64,000 nucleotides of DNA from Octopus sinensis (taxonomy: Eukaryota): the NCBI RefSeq assembly GCF_006345805.1, contig NC_043002.1:56048001-56112000 (forward strand), read 5' to 3'. Made by a program: the position numbers and the translations under genes. This document shows, in pieces, positions 39,748 through 50,529 of the stretch (the stretch's first letter is position 1; each line of letters begins with the position of its first letter). The notes beneath the pieces are model-generated. The model saw nothing but the letters and a program-made list of their open reading frames with translations, was not told where the DNA came from and did not search any database.

Positions 39748-40735
39748 TCATCATCATCATCATCATCGTTTAACGTCCGCTTTCCGCGCTAGCACGGGTT
39801 GGACGGTTTGACCGGGTCTGGGAAGCCAGGGGCCGCACCAGGCTCCAGTCTGAATCTGGCAGAGTTTCTACGGCTGGATGCCCTTCCTAACGCCAACCAC
39901 TCCGTGAGTGGATTGGGTGCTTTTTACGTGCCACCTGCACAGGGGCCGGAGGGTCCGGCATCGTCACGATCGGTTCGAACATTTTAACGTGTCAGCGGCA
40001 CGGGGGCAACGAGGTCCCGGGTACTTTGGGGATCGGGGGGGATCGGGGTACTTTGGGGATCCGGGGTACTTAGAATGGGTAGGGGGTATGTGGAATTGCT
40101 GCAGAAAGCAGCCCGGGTCTTTGTAGTCACACAGCATTTATCGTCACTGAGTAACGTAATTAGGTAGAGGAAAGAAATACAGATATTCTAGAGTTGAGTT
40201 GGGGAGGGGGGTCCAGTTGAGGCGGGTAATATAGGGGAGCAACCAGTGGGGAAGGTTGGGGTAAAGAGGAACGATGGCAGGAAGGGTTGGTGTAGGTTCT
40301 TAAGAAATAAAAACGTAGGATATTACGAGGCGGGAGGGTACTAAAGGGGATGGTCGGAATGAGGCAGTGTCAGGAGGAAGCGTAAGATCGGTGGGCAGTT
40401 GATGAGCTATGGTGCTAGCAGCTTGTCTTTTCACAGTGAAAGCATATGAGGAGAAGGGGTAGTGGGGGGAGGGGGAGGGAGTAGGGCGTACCCGGTGTAG
40501 ATGGTGAGAACAGGGTATACTGGTATTGGTGGTGGGGGGTGAGAACAGTGTTCACCGGTATTGGTGATGGTGGTGGTGAGAACAGAGTTTACCGGTATTG
40601 GTGGTGGGGGTGAGAACAGTGTTCATCGGTATTGGTGGCGGGGGCGGGCGCACCGCCAATGGCGGAAAGATGGGAAGAGATGGGATTACGGCTTGAGGTA
40701 GCCTAAGGTTAAATTTTGTAGAGAGAGAGATAGGA
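39748..40735 (-). mobile_element. Young, CpG-rich ~1-kb non-autonomous element with an RTE-type tail and internal tandem repeats
   Basis: Intact tail ...CCAACCCGTGCTAGCGCGGAAAAGCGGACGTTAAACGATGATGAT at the 39748 end. G-rich body with ~33-36-bp repeats GGTATTGGTGGTGGGGGTGAGAACAG at ~40500-40640. CpGs retained. Confidence 0.65.
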
Positions 40736-40796
40736 AAGATAAATCAAGTTATGGCGAAGGCTTGAAAGTAGCCTATATATATATATATATATATAT

Positions 40797-40831
<35 letters not shown>

Positions 40832-40840
40832 TAAATATAC

Positions 40841-41040
40841 CTGTGATAATCAGCAACACAATATATTTTGTTTTCAACATCAATTGTAAACGGTACACCA
40901 TCTAAACATTCATTACACTGACAACAGCGGAAACAACCAGGATGGTAAGCTTTACCCATTGCTTGTAAGATCATATCCATGATCAAATGACCACAAACAC
41001 AGCATTTATCAGCAGTTTGTTGAAAACCAGAATAAAGGTA
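40841..41040 (-). CDS. Exon-like segment of an Ajuba/LIMD1/WTIP-family LIM-domain protein (end of LIM1 plus all of LIM2)
   Basis: Translates [66 protein letters not shown](R). It has the LIM Cx2C...Hx2Cx2Cx2C...Cx2D pattern and is nearly identical to WTIP/LIMD1 LIM2 as I recall it. Followed by AG|GTATAT (possible donor at 40840). No AG acceptor at the 5' end. No other exons recognised in the window. Confidence 0.92.
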
Positions 41041-42337
41041 ATATATATATATATATAATTAATTACAACCGTTATTAAGCTAGTTAGCAGTCTGATGTTA
41101 GCAAGCAATTAAATCACTAATTGAATTGGTGCCTATTCAACAGATCCACCCCACCATCACTCCCACCACCTCTACATAGACTTTGGAATGGATAGTTTGA
41201 AGAAGAAGAGCAAATAATGTTCCTTCATTGTATTCTTTTAGGTTTATCACACAAAAACAAAAATGAATTAAAAAGGAAATCTATGGAAAACAAATATTAA
41301 ATAAAAAACTTTTTTTAAACAAATCCTGTTATAAAACAAAAAGACTAATTAAAGGATAAAAAACAACAACTAATTAGCTAAATAAATAATAATCAGTTAT
41401 GTAGTTTGGGGGGTGGGGTTCTGTGTGTTTGCAGACTGGGTGTATGGAGGAGAGCACCATATTGAAAAGATTGACTGGTATTAATTTTAGACAAGAGATA
41501 AAAAACAAAACAATAAAACACAGACATCACACACACACACACACACACACTTCATTATACACACACCCACACTTAATGGTGTAACACACATACACACATG
41601 CTTACACACATTCCCATTATACCTCTTATACCCCCTCCACACACACACACACACACACACACAACTCTCCTGTGTTAAGTAGTTCCTACAACAATCTTTT
41701 CAAAATTAATCTTTGAAAACATTTCACTTTTTTTTTTTTTAACTCTTGCTTTTTCTTGTTTTTCTTTGTATAATTTTTTTTATAATTTACATCCTGTTTC
41801 TCTTCTATTGTCATCATCATCAGCATTATTAGTAGTGAGGTGGTGGTGCTGGTGGCGACAGTGGTGGTGGCGGATGGCGTATTTTCCAACAGTTGTGTGT
41901 GTCACAAACAAGAAATGCTTAAATTGTCAACAATAAAATTCTAAATTGCATGTTATGAACCCAATTATATTTACTTTTTCAACTCAATTCCACTTTTAAC
42001 TCGGTTCTAAACTATTTCTAGAATGGTCCTTCATTGCTTGGCAGTTGTTGCTGCTAAACATTTGTTTTCATATTTATTAATGTTCTGTTGTTGTTCTTTT
42101 TATAAATGGTCAGAAATTGAAAATAGAAACAGTTAAACTTTGATGAAAATAACAAAAGTGCCAGGCATGGGCTGTGTGGTGAAGAGCTTGCTTCCAAACC
42201 ACATGGTTTCACGTTCAATCTCTCTGTGTGGCACCTTGGGCAAGCATCTACTATAACCCAAAGCCAAAAAAGCCTTGTGAACAGATGCATGGTAGACAAA
42301 AGCTGAAAAGAAGCCCATTATGTACACACACATACAT

Positions 42338-43290
42338 GGACCAATAGCCAGACTACTACCTCCCTCTCCAAGGGGTATGTGTTTGCAATTCAGGAACAGG
42401 AAATACCAAACAAGTACCTGATGCACAAATGGGATAGAGATGCAGGAAAAGCCATAAAAAGTGACAACCAATGCAGGCTGAATGAAGTTCACACTGAAGA
42501 TATCACCCACATCATGAACAGTTTTCTGAAAATGCCATCACGATATTATCTACTGATGAGACATGATGTTGTAGCTAAGACATTCTATAATGAAATCTGT
42601 CAGAAGGATAATCCCAAGGACAAAGAAATAAGAACCCACAATATGGTAGAAGCCATTGCCACTCATAATAAAAAAGAATATTGGTGGAATGTCCCAGTGA
42701 AGACTTCAATAAAATGTTAGCACAACATACCTGATATAATGATTTGAGATAGAGAAGAGAAACTGTGCACAGTTGTGGAAATTAGCTGCACAGCGGATAT
42801 TAACATAAAGTTGAAGATTAGTGAAAAAGAGAACACCTATGATGAACTATTGAAAAATCTGCAGTTACTCTATCCAGATTACAAGTTCAGGTTTATACCT
42901 GTAATTATTGGGGCCCTGGGATATGTGACACACAGGCTAAATACCAATCTTGAGAAATTAGGCTTCTCAAAACCAGAAAGGAGAAAGCTAATTCAAAGAC
43001 TACAGATCCAATCCATCACTGGAACTGTAAAAATCTGTAAAACTTTCCAGAAGTTTATCATTTAAATATATATATGAACATGCCTAGATATGTAACTATA
43101 TGTATGAGAATATATACATAAAGTAAAACATACAAATCTGCACGTGCGTGCGCACGCACACACACACACACATACAAACAAAAATACCCTGTTGTTGATG
43201 TTGAAATTCCAATGAAGGAACTTTGGATCTAGGTTAGAAACCGGTTCTTTCTCTATTGGCAAGAAATCTTGAAATAAACTGAATAATGAC
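42338..43290 (+). mobile_element. 5'-truncated RLE-type (R4/Dong-like) non-LTR retrotransposon, pseudogenised
   Basis: One reading frame with two in-frame stops. Contains FAIQEQEI, a decayed zinc knuckle (CRL..EDITHI), RHD, PD..I, VEISC, and K..Y..L...PVIIGALG of the restriction-like endonuclease, ending ICKTFQKFII*. Inserted in the (CA)/(ACAT) tract of a SINE. Confidence 0.88.
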
Positions 43291-45867
43291 AAACATACAT
43301 ACACACATTCACACACACATTATATACATGTATGAAAAATAAGATAAATTTATATGGAAGCTCCTAAACACATTTTACTATCATCTTTTTTTGGACTTTT
43401 TTGAGAATTTTCACAGCCGTCCTGAAAATAGAGTGTAATACTGCAATCCCTTTCAGCTGGAAGATGTGGCCATGCAGGAGCAATTTTAATTATCTCAGTT
43501 TTGTTCCCTTTTCTTTTTCTATTTCTTTCAATTGGTACAACAACACAACTTCCTCTCTCCCTCTCCCTCACACCATCTCTCTCTCTCACTCTCTCTAGTT
43601 TAGTCCTTCCCTATTCAACGCTTCCTTTCTACACATCCCCTTTCCTTTTATTTTCCAATTGTGTGCCTTAGTGTGTCTTAGTCAGAGGGAGGCAGGGGGT
43701 GGGGTCAGTTTACATGACCTCAGCAAGCTACCCCACCCCAACACCCACTAAGATCAATGACCATCAATATACTTCTGTGGTTTGACATCAGCAAGAAAAA
43801 CAAGTCAGAAGGAGGGGTGATGGGTGGGGAGGTGAGGAAAGGTGGTTCCAAAACATTTCCAGTTCTGGAAATGAAGGATTGAGAGAAGTATTTAGTGTGA
43901 GATTTGGGAACAGGGAGGCAAAGATATGAAAAATAGAGGTGGGTGCATAATATGGGCCAAACCTTAATTTTTCTGTCCTCCTTCATTCCTTACCTTTTCT
44001 TTCTCCCCTCCCACTATCATCCTCCCTCTCTTTCTCATTATCAGTCTTTCTTTTTCCTGTTACACTTTTTTTCCCCCTTGCTTTTATTTACATCTCTTCT
44101 TTCTCTTTCTCACCTTTCCTATCAACATTTTCATTAATCAATATTTTCCATACAGCCATCTCTTTTATCTTTGCGGCCATGCTGGGGCACCACCTTGAAC
44201 AGTTTCGTCAAACAAATTGACCCCAGTACTTTTTGTTATTTAAACCAGATATTTATTCTTATTTCTTTATTGCCCACAAGGGGCTAAACATAGAGGGGAC
44301 AAACAAGGACATTAAGTCGATTACATCGACCCCAGTGTGTAACTGGTACTTAATTTATCGACCATGAAAGGCAAAGTCAACCTCGGCGGAATTTGAACTC
44401 AGAATGTAGTGGCAGACGAAATACCACTAAGCATTTCACCCAGCGTGCTAACGATTCTGCCAGCTCGCTGCCTTAGATATTTATTCTATTAGTCTCTTTT
44501 ACTAAACTGTCAAATTATGAAGACAGATAAACCAACACCAGTCGTCAGAAACACACACACACAGATACATATATATGTATATATAATTATGTATGTAGGG
44601 AAGCTCTGGCAGAAAAATTTCTACAGGAAATTTCATACATGTATTCCAGATTCTGGTTTTGTTATACGTGTATATTCTTTTACTCTTTTGTTTCAGTCAT
44701 TTGACTGTGGCCATGCTGGAGCACTGCCTTTACTCCAGCAAACCAGCCCCAGGACTTATTCTTTGTAAGCCTAGTACTTATTCTATTGATCCCTTTTCCA
44801 GAACCGCTAGGTGACGGGGACATAAACACACCAGCATCAGTTGTCAAGCAATTATGAGGGGAGGGGGACAAGCAAACACACACATATATACAACGGGCTT
44901 CTTTCAGTTTCCTTCTACCAAATCCACTCACAAGGCTTTGGTCGACCAAAAGCTATAGTAGAAGACACTTGCCCAAGGTGCCATGTAGTAGGACTAAATC
45001 CAGAACCATGTGGTTGGTAAGCAAGCTACTTACCACACAGCCACTCCTATATATACATGCAACAGGCTTCTTTCAGTTTCTGTCTACGAAATCCACTTAC
45101 AAGGATTTGGTAAGCCCAAGGCTATAGAAGAGGACTGCATAGCCCAAGGTGCTATGCAGTGGGAAAAAACCTGGAACTAAGTGGTTTTGAGAACACAGCC
45201 ATGCCCACGCCTCTCATATATTTGCACCCATCTGATGGCCCATACTTAAATACATTAATATAAATGATGGTCTTTTGTATTCATTTTGAAAAATGAGGCC
45301 TCCAGCTGAACTGAATTATTGTGTCAGGCAAAGAGTTCTGAAATGATGTGCTGTGGCACGTTGGGGTGTCATAAGAATTATCTTGGTGCAGTTCCACAGC
45401 ATGGCACCTTGGTTAAGTATTTTCTACAACAGCTCCGAACTGACCAAAGATTTGTGGGTGGACTTGACAGATGGAAACTGAAAGAAGCCCATCATGTATG
45501 CGTATGTCTCCTTTGTCTTGAGATCACGTGATAGTCGCAAATGAGTGTCACTGTCATACAAGAAGTGTCATTTGTTTCCAGTATTCTGCAAAAACATGTC
45601 TGGCCATTGGGAAGTGTTTACCTTATACTGGAAACAAGTGAGAAAGGGTTGGCAACAGGAAGGGCATCTGCTTGTAAAAAAAACTTGCCTCAATAAACTT
45701 TGTCCAGCTCATGCAAACATGAAAAAGTTAACACTGAGCAAAGACCACCACACACACACACACTTTTATCCTTCTCTTATTTTATTTCTTTGCAGCAAAT
45801 AAGGTTTTCCACTTTTCATTTTTTTTCTACTACCTTTCTTTTTTCATTTTCTCATTTCCAACCTGCA

Positions 45868-45904
<37 letters not shown>

Positions 45905-46317
45905 ACAGACACACACACACACACACACTTTCTTTCCCTTTGAATTTCTCTATTACTTACCTCTGTTCCTTGCTCTTCCACTCTGTGAGTCACAAACCAT
46001 ACACAATACAACATGCAAATATCAAAGAGGCCTATTATTGACAAAACCACAATTCATGCGCATCACAGTGTCTGCATAATAATACAACACTTGTAAAGCT
46101 ATAAACTGTATCACACGCACTACTACAAAGACATACAGCATTAGCATTAAATGCCCTTTCACTTGAAAGGCATATGAACAAAAGGAGGTTGTGGTGTTCA
46201 TGCCTTTCTCAAAAAGCATTTGTGGAATTTGTGAAATAGGTAAGCATGTGAATTGAACCTAGCTGGGCAAACATGCTTCACCAAGAACTTATTTAACCTG
46301 TATCACACAATTATGCA

Positions 46318-46363
<46 letters not shown>

Positions 46364-49300
46364 TACACATGCACACACACACACACACATACATGCATAC
46401 ACATACACATGCATATACACACACATATACACACATACATGCAGCCACGCACACACACACACACACTCATATAAATATATACAAACACACACCATTTAAA
46501 ATTACATTTCACAACCAAGATACAGCTTGAAAAAAGAAAGAAAAGAAAATTTACTTCTTTTTCCAAATTGAAAATATATGCAAAGATTTGAGGTGGTCAT
46601 AAAAACTAAGAGATAAAAGTCTTGTATCGGACAGGAGAACATTTGCATAATAAAAACAAATTAGCATAAAATATGAACAGCTTCAATGACAAGGTCAATA
46701 GGTACAAGAGACAGCCTCCCAACAGATTTACTTGTATTTTCTCACACTAAACACAGCTTCAGTCTTTATTCCATCAATTCTAATTATTTTACCAGACTGT
46801 GTATGTGTGTGTGTATGCATCTTTCGACTTTTCCTACATCACTTTCCAAGATGACCTCAATAAATAAGCTTTTGAAGCCAGATTTATATTAGAGAGAGAG
46901 GCAACATTTTGTTTGGATTGCCTGCAACTTATGGGAAGCTATCTCCTATCATTTATTTGTTTTTTTTGCTTGTTTCATTCATTAGACTGTGGCCATGCTG
47001 CAGCACCACCTTGAAGAATTTTACTCAAACTAATTGACTCCCGGTACTTATTTATTTATAAAGCCTGGCACTTATTCTAACATTCCTCATTGCCAAACTG
47101 CTAAGTTACAGGAACGTAAACACAATGACACCAGTTATCAAGAAGTAGTGGGGAGATAGAGGAACAAACACACACACACATACACATGCTCACACACACA
47201 TATACATGCGATTGGCTTCTACTATAGCCTCGGACCAGCCAAAGCCTTGTGAGTGGATTTGGTAGATGGAAACTGAAAGAAGCTTGTCGTAAGTGTGTGT
47301 CCATGGGAAGTGACTTTGTGCCTGATGAGAGGTTAGAATATAATAGAAGGAGAGAGGTATCTTTCGTACAGAGGGGGTACTTGACTAACCTAGTAGGACA
47401 AGGAAGGAGAAATAGAGTTAGATAGGACAGAAAGAGAGAGAGAAACAGTGTTGGAGATGCATCAGGATCTACCCACAGGTAACAGTGGGGGAGGGGGAAT
47501 ATAAATGGTAGAGAGGGGAGAGGGAAGGGTGTCCCACAGGAGTGTAAAGGGAGATGTTTAGGGATGGGGAAGGAGTGACTGTGGCAAGTGATGGTGAGTG
47601 AAATCAGAGAGGCTGGTAGGGAGGTATGGAGAGCATGTGGACAGGCATGTGAGGGAGAGTGGGAGGAGGGAGGAGGGACCTGCAGGGGGTAGTGATCATG
47701 GGTGGTAAGATGGGTGAGGAGGTGTGCTGCAAGGGAGTTTTGACAGAGGATCAGCAAAACATCTCCAGTGGATTCGAACTCATGAGCCAGTGGATTTGAT
47801 AGATAGAAACTGAAAGAAGCCCGTCATATACGTGTGTGTGTGTGTGTCCGTGAAAGGACAGAGATAGCTATCTTACTACAGAGGGGATACTTGGCTAACC
47901 CAGTAGGACAAGGACAAGCCTCTAAGATGAACAACATTGAACCCCTAAGCATTTAGATTTCTCTGTCAAATGTAACATTTATTTATCCACATTGCTTAGA
48001 ACTAACCATGCCGTTATCTTGTAGCTTTGAAATTTCAATGATGTAATTGTTTAGTTTTGGAATAACATTGTAGAGAAGGTATGAGAAGCCAGATCTGGCC
48101 AGTTTGAACAGAAAACAGATGGCCTGATATGGCCGGTTTCAATGCTAAAAAGTTAAGAGAAACCAAATCAGCCATTTCTTCTAAAAACCAACAAATTTCC
48201 TTCCCTATTTAGATTCCTTAATCCATGCCTCCTTTTGCATTTTTAACCAATTTTCTCTTTATCTATTTATCTCTCTCGGTAGACTCACCACCCCAGGAGA
48301 CTTGCAAAAAATTACTCTTATCCTACACTTTTATCACCAGCAGAGTTTTCTCAATCATATTGCCCCATGATAAAAGATTAAAGAATAAGACGAAAAGGAA
48401 GTAAAAAAAGAAGAAAAAAAACACAGCAAAAAAAAGCCAATGTAGAAATAATATCCAAGTAGAATATCTTAAAATGTACTTAAATGATAAGACAAGATTA
48501 ATTACTAAAAGAAATAAATACATTGATTATACACACACATACACTTTCTCTCCAAACACTTCATCCAGGTGGAATGGTTCAGAGAAATATAGTCTTATGT
48601 ATGGAACTAGTTCTTAAATCTGAAAGTCTGTTTCGCTAATATCAGAGTTTATCAAGTCTAGGTCCCTTAAATGTGAGAATGTCCGCTGGGTATAGGAGAT
48701 ATTTGATGTTAAAAATGTATATCCATAGGTACAGGAGTGGCTGTTTGGTAAGTAGCTTGCTTCCCAACCACTAGGTTCCGGGGCTCAGTCCCACTGCATG
48801 GCACCTTGGGCAAATGTCTTCTACTATAGCCTCGGGTTCACCAAAGCCTTGAGAGTGGATTTGGTAGATGGAAACCGAAAGAAACCCATCATATATAATG
48901 TATATGTTCATGTGTCTGTGTTTGTCTCCCCCACCATCTCGACAACCAATGTTGGTGTGTTTACATCCCCGTAATTTAGTGGTTCGACAAAAGAAATCGA
49001 TAAAATAAGTATTAAGCTTACAATAAATAAGTCCTGGGGTCAATTTGTTCAACTAAAGGCAGTGCTCCAGCATGGCCGCAATCAAATGATTGAAACAAAT
49101 AAAAGAATAAAAGAATAGGCATGGATGTGGCTGTGGGGTAAGAAGCTTGCTTCCTCCCATCCACATCGTCATACGGTTCCTGGTTCAGTCCTACTGCATG
49201 ACACCTTGGGCAGGTGTCCTTTACTATAGCCTCAGGTCAACCAGATCCTTGTGAGTGAACTTGGTAAATGGAAACTAAATAAAACCCACCATATAATGAG

Positions 49301-49963
49301 TGTGTGTGTGTGTGTGTGTGCATGCACCTGCTTGACAACACGCTTGAACCCCACTGTGCTTGCCAACCGGTGCTGGTGTGCTTATGTCTGTAACTTAGTG
49401 CTTTGACAAAAGGAGACTAACAGAATAGGTACCAGGCTTTGATCATTTAACATTCAAACCAACTGAATCCAGCCAAAATATTCTGTTTTATGTTCAACCT
49501 AAAACTAAGCAATCACATCATTAAAATCTCAAAGCTACGAGATATCGCATGAAGAATTGATCAGAATGTGAATAAATAAGTATTACATTTGACAGAATAA
49601 TCTGAATGCTAAGGGGTTTTAAAAAATAAATACTGATACTGGGGTTGATTCATCCAACGAAATTTCTTCAAAGCGCTGCCCCAGGCCTGGCCACAGTCTA
49701 AGGACTCAAACAAGTAAAAGATAAAAGATCTTCAAAGAGCATTTTCTGGTTCCAACAACTTATTTAAATTTCATAAATTATGTCTTTTTAATTCCAATAT
49801 CAAACGGCGCCATCATTTAGCGTCTATTTTCCCTGCTGGCATGGGTTAGACAGTTTGACTGGAAATGGTAAGCCAGAGAGTTGTACCAAGCTCCAGTCTG
49901 GTTTGGCATGGGTTTTATGGCTGGATGCCCCCCTTTCTGACGCCAACCACTCCAAGAGTGAAG

Positions 49964-50333
49964 TGGGCATCTTTTACGAGTCACCGGCATAAGTGCTTTT
50001 ATGAGTTATCAGCAAGGGTGCTTTTACAAGTCACCAGCATGGGTGCTTTTAAGAGTCACCGACACATGGGTGCTTTTACGAGTCACCGGCACACGGGTAC
50101 TTTTTCGAGTCACCAGCACACAAGTGCTTTTACGAGTCACCGGCACGCGGGTGCTTTTACGAGTCACCGGCACACGGGTGCTTTTACATGTCACTGGCAC
50201 ACGGATGCTTTTACGAGTCACCGGCATGGGTGCGTTTACGAGTCACTGGCACACGGGTGCTTTTACGAGTCACCAGCATGGGTGCTTTTATGAGTCACCA
50301 GCATGGGTGCTTTTACGAGTCACCAGCATGGGT
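49964..50333. repeat. Minisatellite, ~14 copies of GGGTGCTTTTACGAGTCACC(G/A)GCA(CA)Y (25/27 bp)
   Basis: Directly visible tandem units. The unit resembles the GGGTGCTTTTTACGTGCCACC motif in the other RTE-tail repeats of this window. Confidence 0.95.
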
Positions 50334-50334
50334 T

Positions 50335-50529
50335 AAATGGGCTGATTCCTGAAAGTACTGCAAGACCAGGCAAACTTGTGGAAAAGGCAGAGCAAGCTCC
50401 TAACTCTTCACCTTGTTCTAAAAATCAGTTTAATATCGATGCCCATCACCCAAATAGGGACCATATCAGATATTAAGCTGATAAGAACAGACACTACCAT
50501 TTGATCTTAGCCAAAAGGCAGCAGCTGTT
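50335..50529 (-). pseudogene. U2: Near full-length U2 snRNA retrocopy/pseudogene
   Basis: Minus strand reads GCCTTTTGGCTAAGATCAAATGGTAGTGTCTGTTCTTATCAGCTTAATATCTGATATG...GATTTTTAGAAC...TAGGAGCTTGCTCTG...CCTGGTCTTGCAGTACTTTCAGG, matching U2 stem I, IIa, Sm site and stems III/IV. The branch-point pairing motif is mutated (GTAGTG instead of GTAGTA) and the first ~10 nt are decayed. Confidence 0.93.

Noticed and set aside
47101-47757. 218-aa minus-strand ORF, the longest in the window
   Set aside because: Low-complexity pyrimidine-rich repeat running into SINE sequence, with a non-ATG start and no domain.
49865-50336. Repetitive ORFs (GAFTSHRH...) or a CRISPR-like array
   Set aside because: The units are contiguous with no unique spacers, the context is eukaryotic, and there are no cas genes. 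It is a minisatellite inside a retroposon.
50335-50529. Functional U2 snRNA gene
   Set aside because: The 5' end is decayed, the GUAGUA branch-point motif and Sm site are mutated, the upstream flank is a SINE with no evident promoter, and a TSD brackets the copy.
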